Below are positions 48,969-56,310 of a stretch of 64,000 nucleotides of DNA, piece after piece (the stretch's first letter is position 1; each line of letters begins with the position of its first letter). The DNA lies in IMG/VR virus record IMGVR_UViG_3300008259_004660, positions 32,001-96,000 of that record; one strand, written 5' to 3'. A program made the position numbers and the translations under genes. The DNA comes from a virus. A model generated the notes under the pieces. The model made no database searches, was not told where the DNA came from, and saw nothing but the letters and a program-made list of their open reading frames with translations.

Positions 48969-49142
48969 ATGAACACTTACAAAGTACCTGTTACTTGGAG
49001 AGAGTATGGTCATGTCTTTGTCAAGGCAGACAGTATTGAAGAAGCTATTCAAAAAGCCCACGATGAAGATTTGCCCCACGACAACAGCGAATATCTTGAA
49101 GGTAGTTTTGAAATTGATTACGAGGGCGTTCGCGCAATCTAA
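48969..49142 (+). CDS. Hypothetical protein, 57 aa (not in ORF track)
   Basis: TTGACA promoter about 48933; MNTYKVPVTW...VKADSIEEAI. Confidence 0.65.
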   Translation: MNTYKVPVTWREYGHVFVKADSIEEAIQKAHDEDLPHDNSEYLEGSFEIDYEGVRAI

Positions 49143-49148
49143 CCATAC

Positions 49149-49225
49149 GCGACCGTAGCTCAGTTGGATAGAGCAACAGATTTCTAATCTGTGGGTCGTG
49201 GGTTCGAATCCCACCGGTCGCGCCA
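49149..49225 (+). tRNA. tRNA-Arg(TCT)
   Basis: Canonical cloverleaf, ACAGA-TTTCTAA-TCTGT, GGTTCGAATCC, CCA. Confidence 0.95.
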
Positions 49226-49278
49226 TTCTAAAAATAATTCTTGACTTTTTATAAAAATCTGTCAACCTAATCAGCACT

Positions 49279-49746
49279 ATGGGACTAGATATGTATCTCA
49301 GCGCCGAGAAGTATATCTCGGGTTATGACCACGACAAGAATGAGAACTTCGGCAAAGTTCTTGATCTTTTTAATCTAAACGAGGATGATGTTCACAATTC
49401 TATCACGGTCAACATCACCGTTGGTTATTGGCGCAAGGCCAATGCCATTCATAATTGGTTCGTTCAAAATATACAGGATGGTAGGGATGATTGCCAACGC
49501 AGCTATGTTCGCCGCGAAAAACTACTTGAGTTGAAGAGTGAGTGTGAAGCTGCTCTTGCTGCCTACAACAATGGTGACAAGGATACGGCGGAAAACCTAA
49601 TTCCTCCTACTAGTGGATTTTTCTTTGGAAGCACCGAAGTTGATGATTGGTACAAGGCCGATTTGGTTGAAACCATCAAAATCATTAACACGTGTTTGAG
49701 TGATAAGTTAAATGGATTTGGATTTTACTACCAATCCAGTTGGTAA
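49279..49746 (+). CDS. Conserved phage hypothetical protein
   Basis: MGLDMYL ... YWRKANAIHNWF ... GFFFGS ... YQSSW. Confidence 0.75.
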   Translation: MGLDMYLSAEKYISGYDHDKNENFGKVLDLFNLNEDDVHNSITVNITVGYWRKANAIHNWFVQNIQDGRDDCQRSYVRREKLLELKSECEAALAAYNNGDKDTAENLIPPTSGFFFGSTEVDDWYKADLVETIKIINTCLSDKLNGFGFYYQSSW

Positions 49747-49785
49747 TACTTGACTTTTCTTAAAAAGTATCCACACTTCTACTCA

Positions 49786-50103
49786 ATGAACGCTACGAAC
49801 ATCGAACCTCAAACCTGCCACTACATCACTGCCAACACGTTGGCAAAGATGAGCAAGAATGCTGCCGAGGCTATTGATGCCTTGTTCAACTCTGATTTGG
49901 ATGTTAGCTTTGGCGATGCTAATCGCACTCTGATCGACATCCCTCATTTCCTACGCCTATTGGAGGATGGTATGGAGCAGCAGGGTATTTTTTGGGTTCC
50001 TCTTGGCCCCGATGATGACGAGACGCACCACGCTGGTTACGAGGAAATCAAGAACGCGCTTGACGAATACACTAACGAAGTTTACATTGATCTCGAAAAC
50101 TGA
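49786..50103 (+). CDS. Hypothetical protein
   Basis: ATG 49786 after promoter at 49750. Confidence 0.65.
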   Translation: MNATNIEPQTCHYITANTLAKMSKNAAEAIDALFNSDLDVSFGDANRTLIDIPHFLRLLEDGMEQQGIFWVPLGPDDDETHHAGYEEIKNALDEYTNEVYIDLEN

Positions 50104-50115
50104 AATAACACCACG

Positions 50116-50307
50116 ATGAAACTGACGCAATACATCCGCCAACTCCAAGAAATCGCCAAGAAGCAGCCTGACGCAGAAGTGATTTATGCGGCAGACGAAG
50201 AAGGTAATAGTTATTCTCCTGTTTTTTACGAGCCGTCTCTTGGTTATTTTGATGGAGACAGTTTTGACACCACGGCGAAGCCTGTCAACGCCATCTGTAT
50301 CAACTAA
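50116..50307 (+). CDS. Hypothetical protein
   Basis: CACG-ATG; V.YAADEEGNSY pattern. Confidence 0.65.
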   Translation: MKLTQYIRQLQEIAKKQPDAEVIYAADEEGNSYSPVFYEPSLGYFDGDSFDTTAKPVNAICIN

Positions 50308-50316
50308 TTTTAGCTC

Positions 50317-50392
50317 GGGCTGGTAGCTCAACGGTCAGAGCAGAGGACTCATAATCCTTTGGTTAGGGGTTCGAATCCCTTCCGGCCCACCA
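50317..50392 (+). tRNA. tRNA-Ile2 (CAT, lysidine type) most likely
   Basis: GGGCTGG/CCGGCCC acceptor, GAGGA-CTCATAA-TCCTT, CCA; resembles ileX-type rather than fMet. Confidence 0.88.
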
Positions 50393-50402
50393 CTTTTATC
50401 AT

Positions 50403-50588
50403 ATGAAAACAATAATCAACAAAATAAAGGAGAACTCCACACAACTTATTCAAGGACTGTTTCTTGGTCTTTTTCTAACAATGGGTATTTTCAACATCGT
50501 TGATGGCATTTTCTTTTCAAAGATTATGTGGCAGACGAACTGCGGAGTTAATCAGATCATCATCGGTGCAATCATGTCCAAGATTTAG
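50403..50588 (+). CDS. Small membrane protein
   Basis: Two hydrophobic segments. Confidence 0.5.
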   Translation: MKTIINKIKENSTQLIQGLFLGLFLTMGIFNIVDGIFFSKIMWQTNCGVNQIIIGAIMSKI

Positions 50589-50638
50589 TTCTTGACTTTT
50601 TATAAAGAACAAGTACTCTGTGTCTTGTTCTTTTCAAT

Positions 50639-50713
50639 GGTCTTGTAGCTCAATGGTAGAGCCGTTGACTTTTAATCAATTGGTTGTGGGTTCGAATCCC
50701 ACCGGGACCACCA
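50639..50713 (+). tRNA. tRNA-Lys(TTT)
   Basis: GTTGA-CTTTTAA-TCAAT, GGTTCGAATCC, CCA. Confidence 0.93.
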
Positions 50714-50717
50714 ATTT

Positions 50718-50792
50718 CGCGATGAACCCAAAGACAAGGAGGGGGTGGGCTCGGTTCCCACAATAGTGCGTGAAAGCTCGCACCATCGCACA
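50718..50792 (+). ncRNA. tRNA-like cloverleaf, CGG in anticodon position, non-canonical loops
   Basis: GCGATG/CATCGC, CCC/GGG, GTGGG-CTCGGTT-CCCAC, GTGCG-TGAAAGCT-CGCAC; no CCA. Confidence 0.55.
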
Positions 50793-50846
50793 ATTTTTAT
50801 TGACAATTTAGGTAGGTAAGTCATAGTTATCTTTGTTCTTTTTAAT

Positions 50847-50921
50847 GCCGAGTTAGCACAATGGCGGTGCAACTGTTTTGTAAACAGTAGGTTGTCGGTT
50901 CGAATCCGACACTCGGCTCCA
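50847..50921 (+). tRNA. tRNA-Thr(TGT)
   Basis: GCCGAGT/ACTCGGC, ACTGT-TTTGTAA-ACAGT, CCA. Confidence 0.93.
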
Positions 50922-51038
50922 TTTTTCAGACAGAGGTGCAAGTAAGTCGTCTACATCCTCTGGAGTACTGCATAAGGTGCTTGACAGCAGTAAATAACAG
51001 GGCTCATGATCCTGCCTCTTTATCTGAACATTTTTTAC

Positions 51039-51113
51039 GCCGCTATCGTCTAACGGTTAGGACGCCGGATTTTCATTCCGATAATCGGGGTTCGATTCCC
51101 CGTAGCGGTACCA
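51039..51113 (+). tRNA. tRNA-Glu(TTC)
   Basis: GCCGCTA/TAGCGGT, GTC/GAC D-stem, loop TTTTCAT, GGTTCGATTCC, CCA. Confidence 0.92.
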
Positions 51114-51118
51114 ATTTT

Positions 51119-51313
51119 ATGAACGATTCTCATTTACTTCCTCCTCAAGCAGACATTGACGCTGCACTTCAGATTGAAAAGAGTGTGAAGCCAAGTGAGC
51201 GTGAGCGTTATTTGGAGTACATGAACAATGTTCCTATGTCTGACCGCAAGACCGCAAGAGAATTGCGTGATGGATGTATCTTGAGCCAACTTTTCAATCG
51301 TTTTCGCAGTTAA
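51119..51313 (+). CDS. Hypothetical protein
   Basis: ATG 51119 just after tRNA-Glu. Confidence 0.55.
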   Translation: MNDSHLLPPQADIDAALQIEKSVKPSERERYLEYMNNVPMSDRKTARELRDGCILSQLFNRFRS

Positions 51314-51432
51314 AGTTCTTGACTTTTTTTAAAATCTGTTCATTCTATCTCTTGTCAATGAGGTTTGGAAGCCGTCAACTGCCTCATCATTAAATTCAGG
51401 TATTGCTGAATGGCGCGGCCCAATTTTTGTTC

Positions 51433-51539
51433 TTTGTGGCCACAAAAACCGGTGTCAGGGAGCCCACAGGGTTATCCCTTATTGTGGGGAACGCTAGTCC
51501 CACGGCTCCACGGGGAGTCTCCGGAAATCTAGCGCGCCA
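51433..51539 (+). ncRNA. Unassigned structured RNA candidate ending in GCCA
   Basis: GGAGCC/GGCTCC enclosing CCCACA/TGTGGG and AGGG/CCCT stems; 14-bp palindrome TTTGTGGCCACAAA at 5' end. Confidence 0.4.
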
Positions 51540-51589
51540 ATTTTCTCTTGACTTTTTTTAAAATCTGTTCATTCTCTTCTTTGTTCTTT

Positions 51590-51814
51590 GGTAGTATCAA
51601 GACAGATAAAAGTCGCCTTGCGCGATGGAATCAAAGTTGAACAGTGATGTGTTCAATGAAAGGGTTTGGATTTATCACCAAATACCTGAGATTTAACCGA
51701 CCAGCGCCACCATTAAAAGCAAAGCCACACGGCATTGATTCGTCGGAAAGAGCAGCTTGAAAGTGTGAAACTCTTGCGGAACAGCAGAATTCCGCTATCT
51801 GTCTTGATATTATC
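51590..51814 (+). ncRNA. Unassigned 225-nt multi-branched structured RNA candidate
   Basis: 19-bp closing stem 51590-51608/51796-51814 with two G-U pairs; internal hairpins TTGAACA/TGTTCAA, GTTTGG/CCAAAT, AAGAG/CTCTT, GCGGAA/TTCCGC; own promoter at 51548; no plus-strand ORF. Confidence 0.6.
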
Positions 51815-52000
51815 ATTGACTTTCTTTAATTTTTGTTCATTCTCTTCTTTGTTCTAGGGTGCATTGCCAATAGGAAGTACTCACGGAACTACAGTAAGCA
51901 ACAGTTAGTGCGGAACTCGTGACGAAGATTCTGATCAAATCCTAGTTAGCGTGATTATGGATCGGCTCCATCGCTGTTGCTGAAATCTTTTTTGTTCTTT

Positions 52001-52170
52001 TGATTTTCTCTCATTATTCCGCAACATTGTAAAAGGTGAAGCGCGTGTATCGAAAAATGTAATGGGAGAATATTTTTTGGCAGGTCGCTCTGCCGGAACT
52101 CTAAAATCTATGCCAAGCGCTAGTGACCCTTGCCGGTATCACACAGGTTGACCTCTGGATTTTAGAGAAT
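52001..52170 (+). ncRNA. Two further stem-enclosed RNA candidates
   Basis: attttctctcatta/taatgggagaatat stem; GGCAG/CTGCC hairpin; CTCTAAAATC/GATTTTAGAG stem. Confidence 0.4.
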
Positions 52171-52178
52171 ATTTTTAC

Positions 52179-52260
52179 GCAGTGTTGGTGTAGCTGTGCA
52201 ATAAACATAGTTGGCAATCCTGCCAAAAGTCGGGCAGCGCGTCCTGCTCACACTGCTCCA
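52179..52260 (+). ncRNA. tRNA-like RNA with perfect acceptor stem and CCA but non-canonical arms
   Basis: GCAGTGT/ACACTGC-T-CCA; CTGTG/CATAG; TTGGC-AATCCT-GCCAA; GGGCAG-CGCGTC-CTGCTC. Confidence 0.6.
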
Positions 52261-52305
52261 ATTTATCTTGACTTTTTTTAATTCTTCAACGACACTATCA
52301 GCAAG

Positions 52306-52470
52306 ATGAAACTTGAATGCTGCGATGTTGAGTTAGATTATGAGAGTGCTGGACGGCGTGACACCGAGACGATTGGTGGATACAGCGTCGAGTATTTTAT
52401 CTGTTCTGAATGCAAGCAGCGTTATGAACTTATCGGAAATAGTTTGTGTATGACTGAAGAAGAGCCTTGA
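52306..52470 (+). CDS. Small Zn-ribbon-like protein (not in ORF track)
   Basis: ECC ... CSEC; promoter at 52268. Confidence 0.55.
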   Translation: MKLECCDVELDYESAGRRDTETIGGYSVEYFICSECKQRYELIGNSLCMTEEEP

Positions 52471-52503
52471 CTTTCTTTAAATTTAGTTCAAACTGACTTC
52501 ACG

Positions 52504-52704
52504 ATGAAGCCCGAATATCGCATTCAGATTTACGACAAGCAGTACCTTGAATGGAATACTTTTCCTGATGGATGTTTTGATAGTAAAGAAAAGGCTATTG
52601 CTGAAGCGGTTAAGGTTCTTAAGGGGTGGGGTAAACGCAATCACAAGATTCGTTTGATTGAAGTGTGTGAGAAAGTTATTCGGCTTCCAAGCATCAAGAA
52701 ATAA
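52504..52704 (+). CDS. Hypothetical protein
   Basis: Promoter cassette, CACG-ATG. Confidence 0.65.
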   Translation: MKPEYRIQIYDKQYLEWNTFPDGCFDSKEKAIAEAVKVLKGWGKRNHKIRLIEVCEKVIRLPSIKK

Positions 52705-52709
52705 ATCAT

Positions 52710-52916
52710 ATGGAACACCCTCTATATTATGCCATTGATTATGATCTTAATGTGATCAAGTTGGGTTATTTTGACAACGATCATCTTGCTTGGCTTTATA
52801 CTGAAAAAAAGGAGATTGAGTTTATGAAAATTCTTAATCACGCTGAACTGATTACTCTTTACAACAACATTGATGCTGCCACATCAGATTCATTGGCTGG
52901 ACAACCTTTTGCTTGA
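52710..52916 (+). CDS. Hypothetical protein
   Basis: Stop in next -35 box. Confidence 0.55.
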   Translation: MEHPLYYAIDYDLNVIKLGYFDNDHLAWLYTEKKEIEFMKILNHAELITLYNNIDAATSDSLAGQPFA

Positions 52917-52950
52917 CTTTTTTTATTTAGGTCTCCATACTACTCCCATA

Positions 52951-53244
52951 ATGAAAATCAAACTGCAAGAAGCTCTTGACCTTATTCAAGCTGCTGATGT
53001 TGTTCGTGTAACTGATATGGATGGATTTATTGAGCCTATCATCTCATTCAGTGATATTGAAGGCAAGCCAGACAATGAGTTTATGTATATGAGTTGGGAT
53101 GATGAACATGATGAGTTTGGTGCCAGATTTCTTGAAGAAGGCAATGAAGAAGTAGAGCGTGATGGCAACAAGATTGCTATCACCGACAGCGAAGGCAGCG
53201 AGTTTGAGTTTAATCTGTTTCGCCTAGTGCCGATTCTAGCTTGA
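52951..53244 (+). CDS. Hypothetical protein
   Basis: ATG 52951 after promoter at 52913. Confidence 0.6.
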   Translation: MKIKLQEALDLIQAADVVRVTDMDGFIEPIISFSDIEGKPDNEFMYMSWDDEHDEFGARFLEEGNEEVERDGNKIAITDSEGSEFEFNLFRLVPILA

Positions 53245-53328
53245 CTTTTAATACATAGGCGCGTAACCTGACTGCCTATCAACGTGGAGCCAACCAAGCA
53301 CAACTCCACCAATCATTTTAAAAATCAA

Positions 53329-53691
53329 ATGCCTCGTCCAAAGAAGATCAAAGTTGAAGTTCCCAAAGGACCGCCCAAGAAACGTGGGCGCAAACCCAAG
53401 CCAAAGGTTTTGAGCATCAAAACTGAAGAAGGTTACACAGAAATTCCTTTGGATGGTTTGAAATTTCCTTGGACTGGTAATCCAGATTATTTCAAGAGCG
53501 AATCAACTCCATTAAGCATCAGCGAGATGACCAAGGAATCTTGTGCTTATCCCAATCGCTACCTTGATGATCAATGCTTTGGATGTTCCATCTATGATTC
53601 TTGTAGATGTTCTTTGAAGTACAACAAAGAAGATATGAAAAAGCCAGTTGAAAAGGTGAAGATTAAGAAGTTAAGTTCATTCGATTCATAA
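53329..53691 (+). CDS. AT-hook-like basic protein with C-terminal Cys cluster
   Basis: PKKRGRKPKP; CAYP...CFGCSIYDSCRC. Confidence 0.55.
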   Translation: MPRPKKIKVEVPKGPPKKRGRKPKPKVLSIKTEEGYTEIPLDGLKFPWTGNPDYFKSESTPLSISEMTKESCAYPNRYLDDQCFGCSIYDSCRCSLKYNKEDMKKPVEKVKIKKLSSFDS

Positions 53692-53778
53692 CTTATTTGA
53701 AATTAAAGTGTTAGAGGACGGGAGAAAAGGGTAAAAAGTTACAATTTTTCTTGATTTTTTTTAAAAATATGTCAGAGT

Positions 53779-54117
53779 ATGGCCAAGATGAACGCCACCA
53801 AGAAAGACACCGTCCAGTACGTCAAGAATCAACTCGCCACCAACAAGGTGTGGGCGCTGAAGGCTCTGATCCGCATCTATCAGGAGAACCAAACTGCCGA
53901 TGAGCAGGCGGCGAAGGTCACCAGTCACGACAACGGCATTGGTTTCAGCGGCTGTGATGCCGAGTTCCTTTCTAGTCTCGCGGAGCAGTATCTGCGCCGT
54001 GGTAACCTGAGCGACAAGCAAATGAGTTTCGTCCACCGCAAGATGCCGAAGTATGCTCGGCAGGTCATCGCGATGAGCGATGCATCCAAGTTGGACGCTA
54101 TGGTCGTAGCGGGGTAA
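53779..54117 (+). CDS. Conserved phage hypothetical protein
   Basis: KALIRIY..QTADEQ...NGIGFSG.DA.FLSSLA.Q ... LS.KQ ... MPKY. Confidence 0.75.
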   Translation: MAKMNATKKDTVQYVKNQLATNKVWALKALIRIYQENQTADEQAAKVTSHDNGIGFSGCDAEFLSSLAEQYLRRGNLSDKQMSFVHRKMPKYARQVIAMSDASKLDAMVVAG

Positions 54118-54197
54118 CCCCTGCTGTGGGGTGCGCACACAAATCACGCACAATAATTCTTGACTTTCTTTAATTTAAAATCCAAGATACTTGCACG

Positions 54198-54422
54198 ATG
54201 AAATACGGAAACATCAGCAACGTGATGGTATTCAAGACCGAGGAAACTTTCAACAAGGCGTTGGCCCTTCTCACGAAGAACGGTCACGGTTTCGAGATGA
54301 GTGGCTATCCTCTTGCTCTCAATTTCTATCCTGAACACCGCCACAGCTATGTTTATGCTCAGATCGATCTGGCGTTGGCTGGCATCAATGACGGAGAAGA
54401 TTATGGAATCAAGTATCGTTAA
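54198..54422 (+). CDS. Hypothetical protein
   Basis: Promoter cassette, CACG-ATG. Confidence 0.65.
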   Translation: MKYGNISNVMVFKTEETFNKALALLTKNGHGFEMSGYPLALNFYPEHRHSYVYAQIDLALAGINDGEDYGIKYR

Positions 54423-54464
54423 TTACTTGACTTGTTTTAAATTTAACACCAACATATCAGCACT

Positions 54465-54650
54465 ATGAACTACGCTTACTTGTCTGGATACCTTCAAAGC
54501 GCATTGGAAAATCTCGCTTATGATGACAAATTTCTTAAGATGAAAAGTGATGATCGTCGTAGGGATTATCTTCGAGAAATGGTTCGTGAGGCTCAACTCA
54601 AGGCAATTGAATTCGAGTCCGAAGTTAATTCCAAGATGATCAAGATCTGA
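54465..54650 (+). CDS. Hypothetical protein
   Basis: Promoter cassette, CACT-ATG. Confidence 0.6.
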   Translation: MNYAYLSGYLQSALENLAYDDKFLKMKSDDRRRDYLREMVREAQLKAIEFESEVNSKMIKI

Positions 54651-54656
54651 AAATTT

Positions 54657-54950
54657 ATGTCGAACAAAACCAAACGCATCAAGTACAACACGCCGCTGAC
54701 ATTTCCTCAGACATTTACTCTGAGGGAACTGCGAAAGGCAAACGCGAACAAGATGAAGCTGATTACCATCTACTCACGTGTGCAGAATGGAATTGAAAAT
54801 GGTACCATTGAAGAGGTTGGTATTCAACAGCCGTCTGTGTCTCGTCGTGGACGCAAGGAGATTGTCTACAAGATTGTGGAGGTGGTAGGTGCCCCTGCAT
54901 GCAACATTGCACCCATCACTGATGGCAACAGTTCAGACAATCCTTTTTGA
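54657..54950 (+). CDS. Hypothetical protein (possible winged helix)
   Basis: FTLRELRK ... RRGRKEIVY. Confidence 0.55.
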   Translation: MSNKTKRIKYNTPLTFPQTFTLRELRKANANKMKLITIYSRVQNGIENGTIEEVGIQQPSVSRRGRKEIVYKIVEVVGAPACNIAPITDGNSSDNPF

Positions 54951-54952
54951 AA

Positions 54953-55327
54953 ATGAAGTTAACTAATTTCCAAAAGTGGTATTACACTACACTTCCCAAG
55001 ATCTTTGAATCTGGTGACAATGTCGATGGATGGATCCGATTCGAAAGCAAATATCGAAAAATGGATGCATTTTACAATAAAAGATATGGCACAGTTGTGA
55101 AGCGTCCAAAGTTTATTATGGATAAGCGCACTCCGCTTTATTTGCGCGTACCCACAATCAATTTAGGTGATGGATGGGTTCTTCAGCCAATTGTGAAGAA
55201 AACCAATTTAAAGAAAGCTGTCAATGAAATCAAATCTGCACTCAAGAAGCACTCCGCTATTAATCCAGACATTCACGTTGGAAATGTTGGATGGTATGAA
55301 GGTAAACCATTGATGTTTGATTGGTGA
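54953..55327 (+). CDS. Miniature protein-kinase-like fold protein
   Basis: TVVKRP, WVLQP, DIHVGNVG, LMFDW. Confidence 0.45.
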   Translation: MKLTNFQKWYYTTLPKIFESGDNVDGWIRFESKYRKMDAFYNKRYGTVVKRPKFIMDKRTPLYLRVPTINLGDGWVLQPIVKKTNLKKAVNEIKSALKKHSAINPDIHVGNVGWYEGKPLMFDW

Positions 55328-55371
55328 AATTTTCTTGACTTTAAATAAAAATGAGGTCTTAATAACCCACG

Positions 55372-55596
55372 ATGAAATACGAATACGTTGCTGAAAAAAT
55401 TGCAGTGTTCATTACTGCATTGTGCGTTATTTTTTTGGGATCTTTGGTTCTTGCGCTTCCTTTGCTTTGGCTTTGGAACGCAACAATGCCTGAGTTATTT
55501 GGTCTAAAAGAAATTAGTTGGTGGATGGCTTGGAAGCTTATGCTACTCTCATCCATTCTGTTCAAGAATTTCTTCAGCACATCAAAAAGTTCTTGA
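55372..55596 (+). CDS. Small membrane protein
   Basis: LLWLWNATMPELFGLKEISWW pattern; CACG-ATG. Confidence 0.65.
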   Translation: MKYEYVAEKIAVFITALCVIFLGSLVLALPLLWLWNATMPELFGLKEISWWMAWKLMLLSSILFKNFFSTSKSS

Positions 55597-55630
55597 TTTT
55601 TATAAAAATTCTGCGATACTATTCAACATC

Positions 55631-55999
55631 ATGAGCAACACCACCATCGTTGAGAAGCTGAATCTGGATATGCCGCTCACGGATTTCATTCGTGGCGTGA
55701 ACAAGATCATCAATGATCATTGGACCAGTTCTGGGTTTGTCCACAACGATGCTCCGCTTGTGATGGTGGACAGTGTTGGACCCAAATATGCCAAGTTGGC
55801 GGTCTATGAGAAGCGTCCAGCTAAAACTGGTCCGCTTGTGGCGGAGCGGGTGTATTGCTTCTACAATCACACCAACGGCGACCTTCTCAAGGGAAGTTGG
55901 AAGGCTCCTGTGGCCAAGGGTGTGCGTGGCAATGTGAAGGAAACCAATGTGCTGGACAAGTTTGATTGGCACGGCCCCAAGTATCTGCGGGGTCTGTGA
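55631..55999 (+). CDS. Conserved phage hypothetical protein
   Basis: GPKYAKL ... NGDLLKGSWKAPVAKGVRGNV. Confidence 0.7.
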   Translation: MSNTTIVEKLNLDMPLTDFIRGVNKIINDHWTSSGFVHNDAPLVMVDSVGPKYAKLAVYEKRPAKTGPLVAERVYCFYNHTNGDLLKGSWKAPVAKGVRGNVKETNVLDKFDWHGPKYLRGL

Positions 56000-56044
56000 T
56001 TTTCTTCTTTACTTTTTATAAATCTGTGCTAGAGTATACGCACG

Positions 56045-56263
56045 ATGAACAACGAAACTTGGACCGAGTGCTTCAGTCAGTATCGCCTTCTTGGTGGTCT
56101 CACCCAAGCTATGCTGCGCAAGTGGGCGGCGGATTTCTTGGTAGAGCGTGGGTTTGACGAGATTGGATCCTCTGACATCAACCACAGCCTCTTTGATATG
56201 TGGGAGGCGGCGGGCGGCGATTGGCAGAAGGCGATCCTTAACGAGGTAGATGCTCGCAGTTAA
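56045..56263 (+). CDS. Hypothetical protein
   Basis: Promoter cassette, CACG-ATG. Confidence 0.65.
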   Translation: MNNETWTECFSQYRLLGGLTQAMLRKWAADFLVERGFDEIGSSDINHSLFDMWEAAGGDWQKAILNEVDARS

Positions 56264-56310
56264 AATAATTCTTGACTTTACTTAAAACATAAACCAACAT
56301 AAACACCGTT

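Larger units (their letters stand above)
50625..52000 (+). promoter_or_regulatory. boxA-like TTGTTCTTT leaders in front of RNA genes
   Basis: At 50625, 50833, 51427, 51581, 51992 (variant 51849), each just upstream of a tRNA or structured RNA. Confidence 0.5.

Noticed and set aside
50925-51026. Permuted tRNA (CAGGG-CTCATGA-TCCTG arm near the 3' end)
   Set aside because: One anticodon-like hairpin but no consistent D/T arms; two competing pairings for CAGAGG.
50936-51118. N-terminal part of ORF 50936-51313, and minus ORFs 48963-49277 and 50672-50941
   Set aside because: They run through tRNA genes; the credible start is ATG 51119.
51590-51814. RNase P RNA, 6S RNA, c-di-GMP-I riboswitch or retron ncRNA identity
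   Set aside because: AAAGTC and CAGAATTCCGCT recall RNase P but the P4 pairing fails; multi-branch rather than 6S rod; GCAAAGCC occurs in the wrong order for c-di-GMP-I; no RT nearby.
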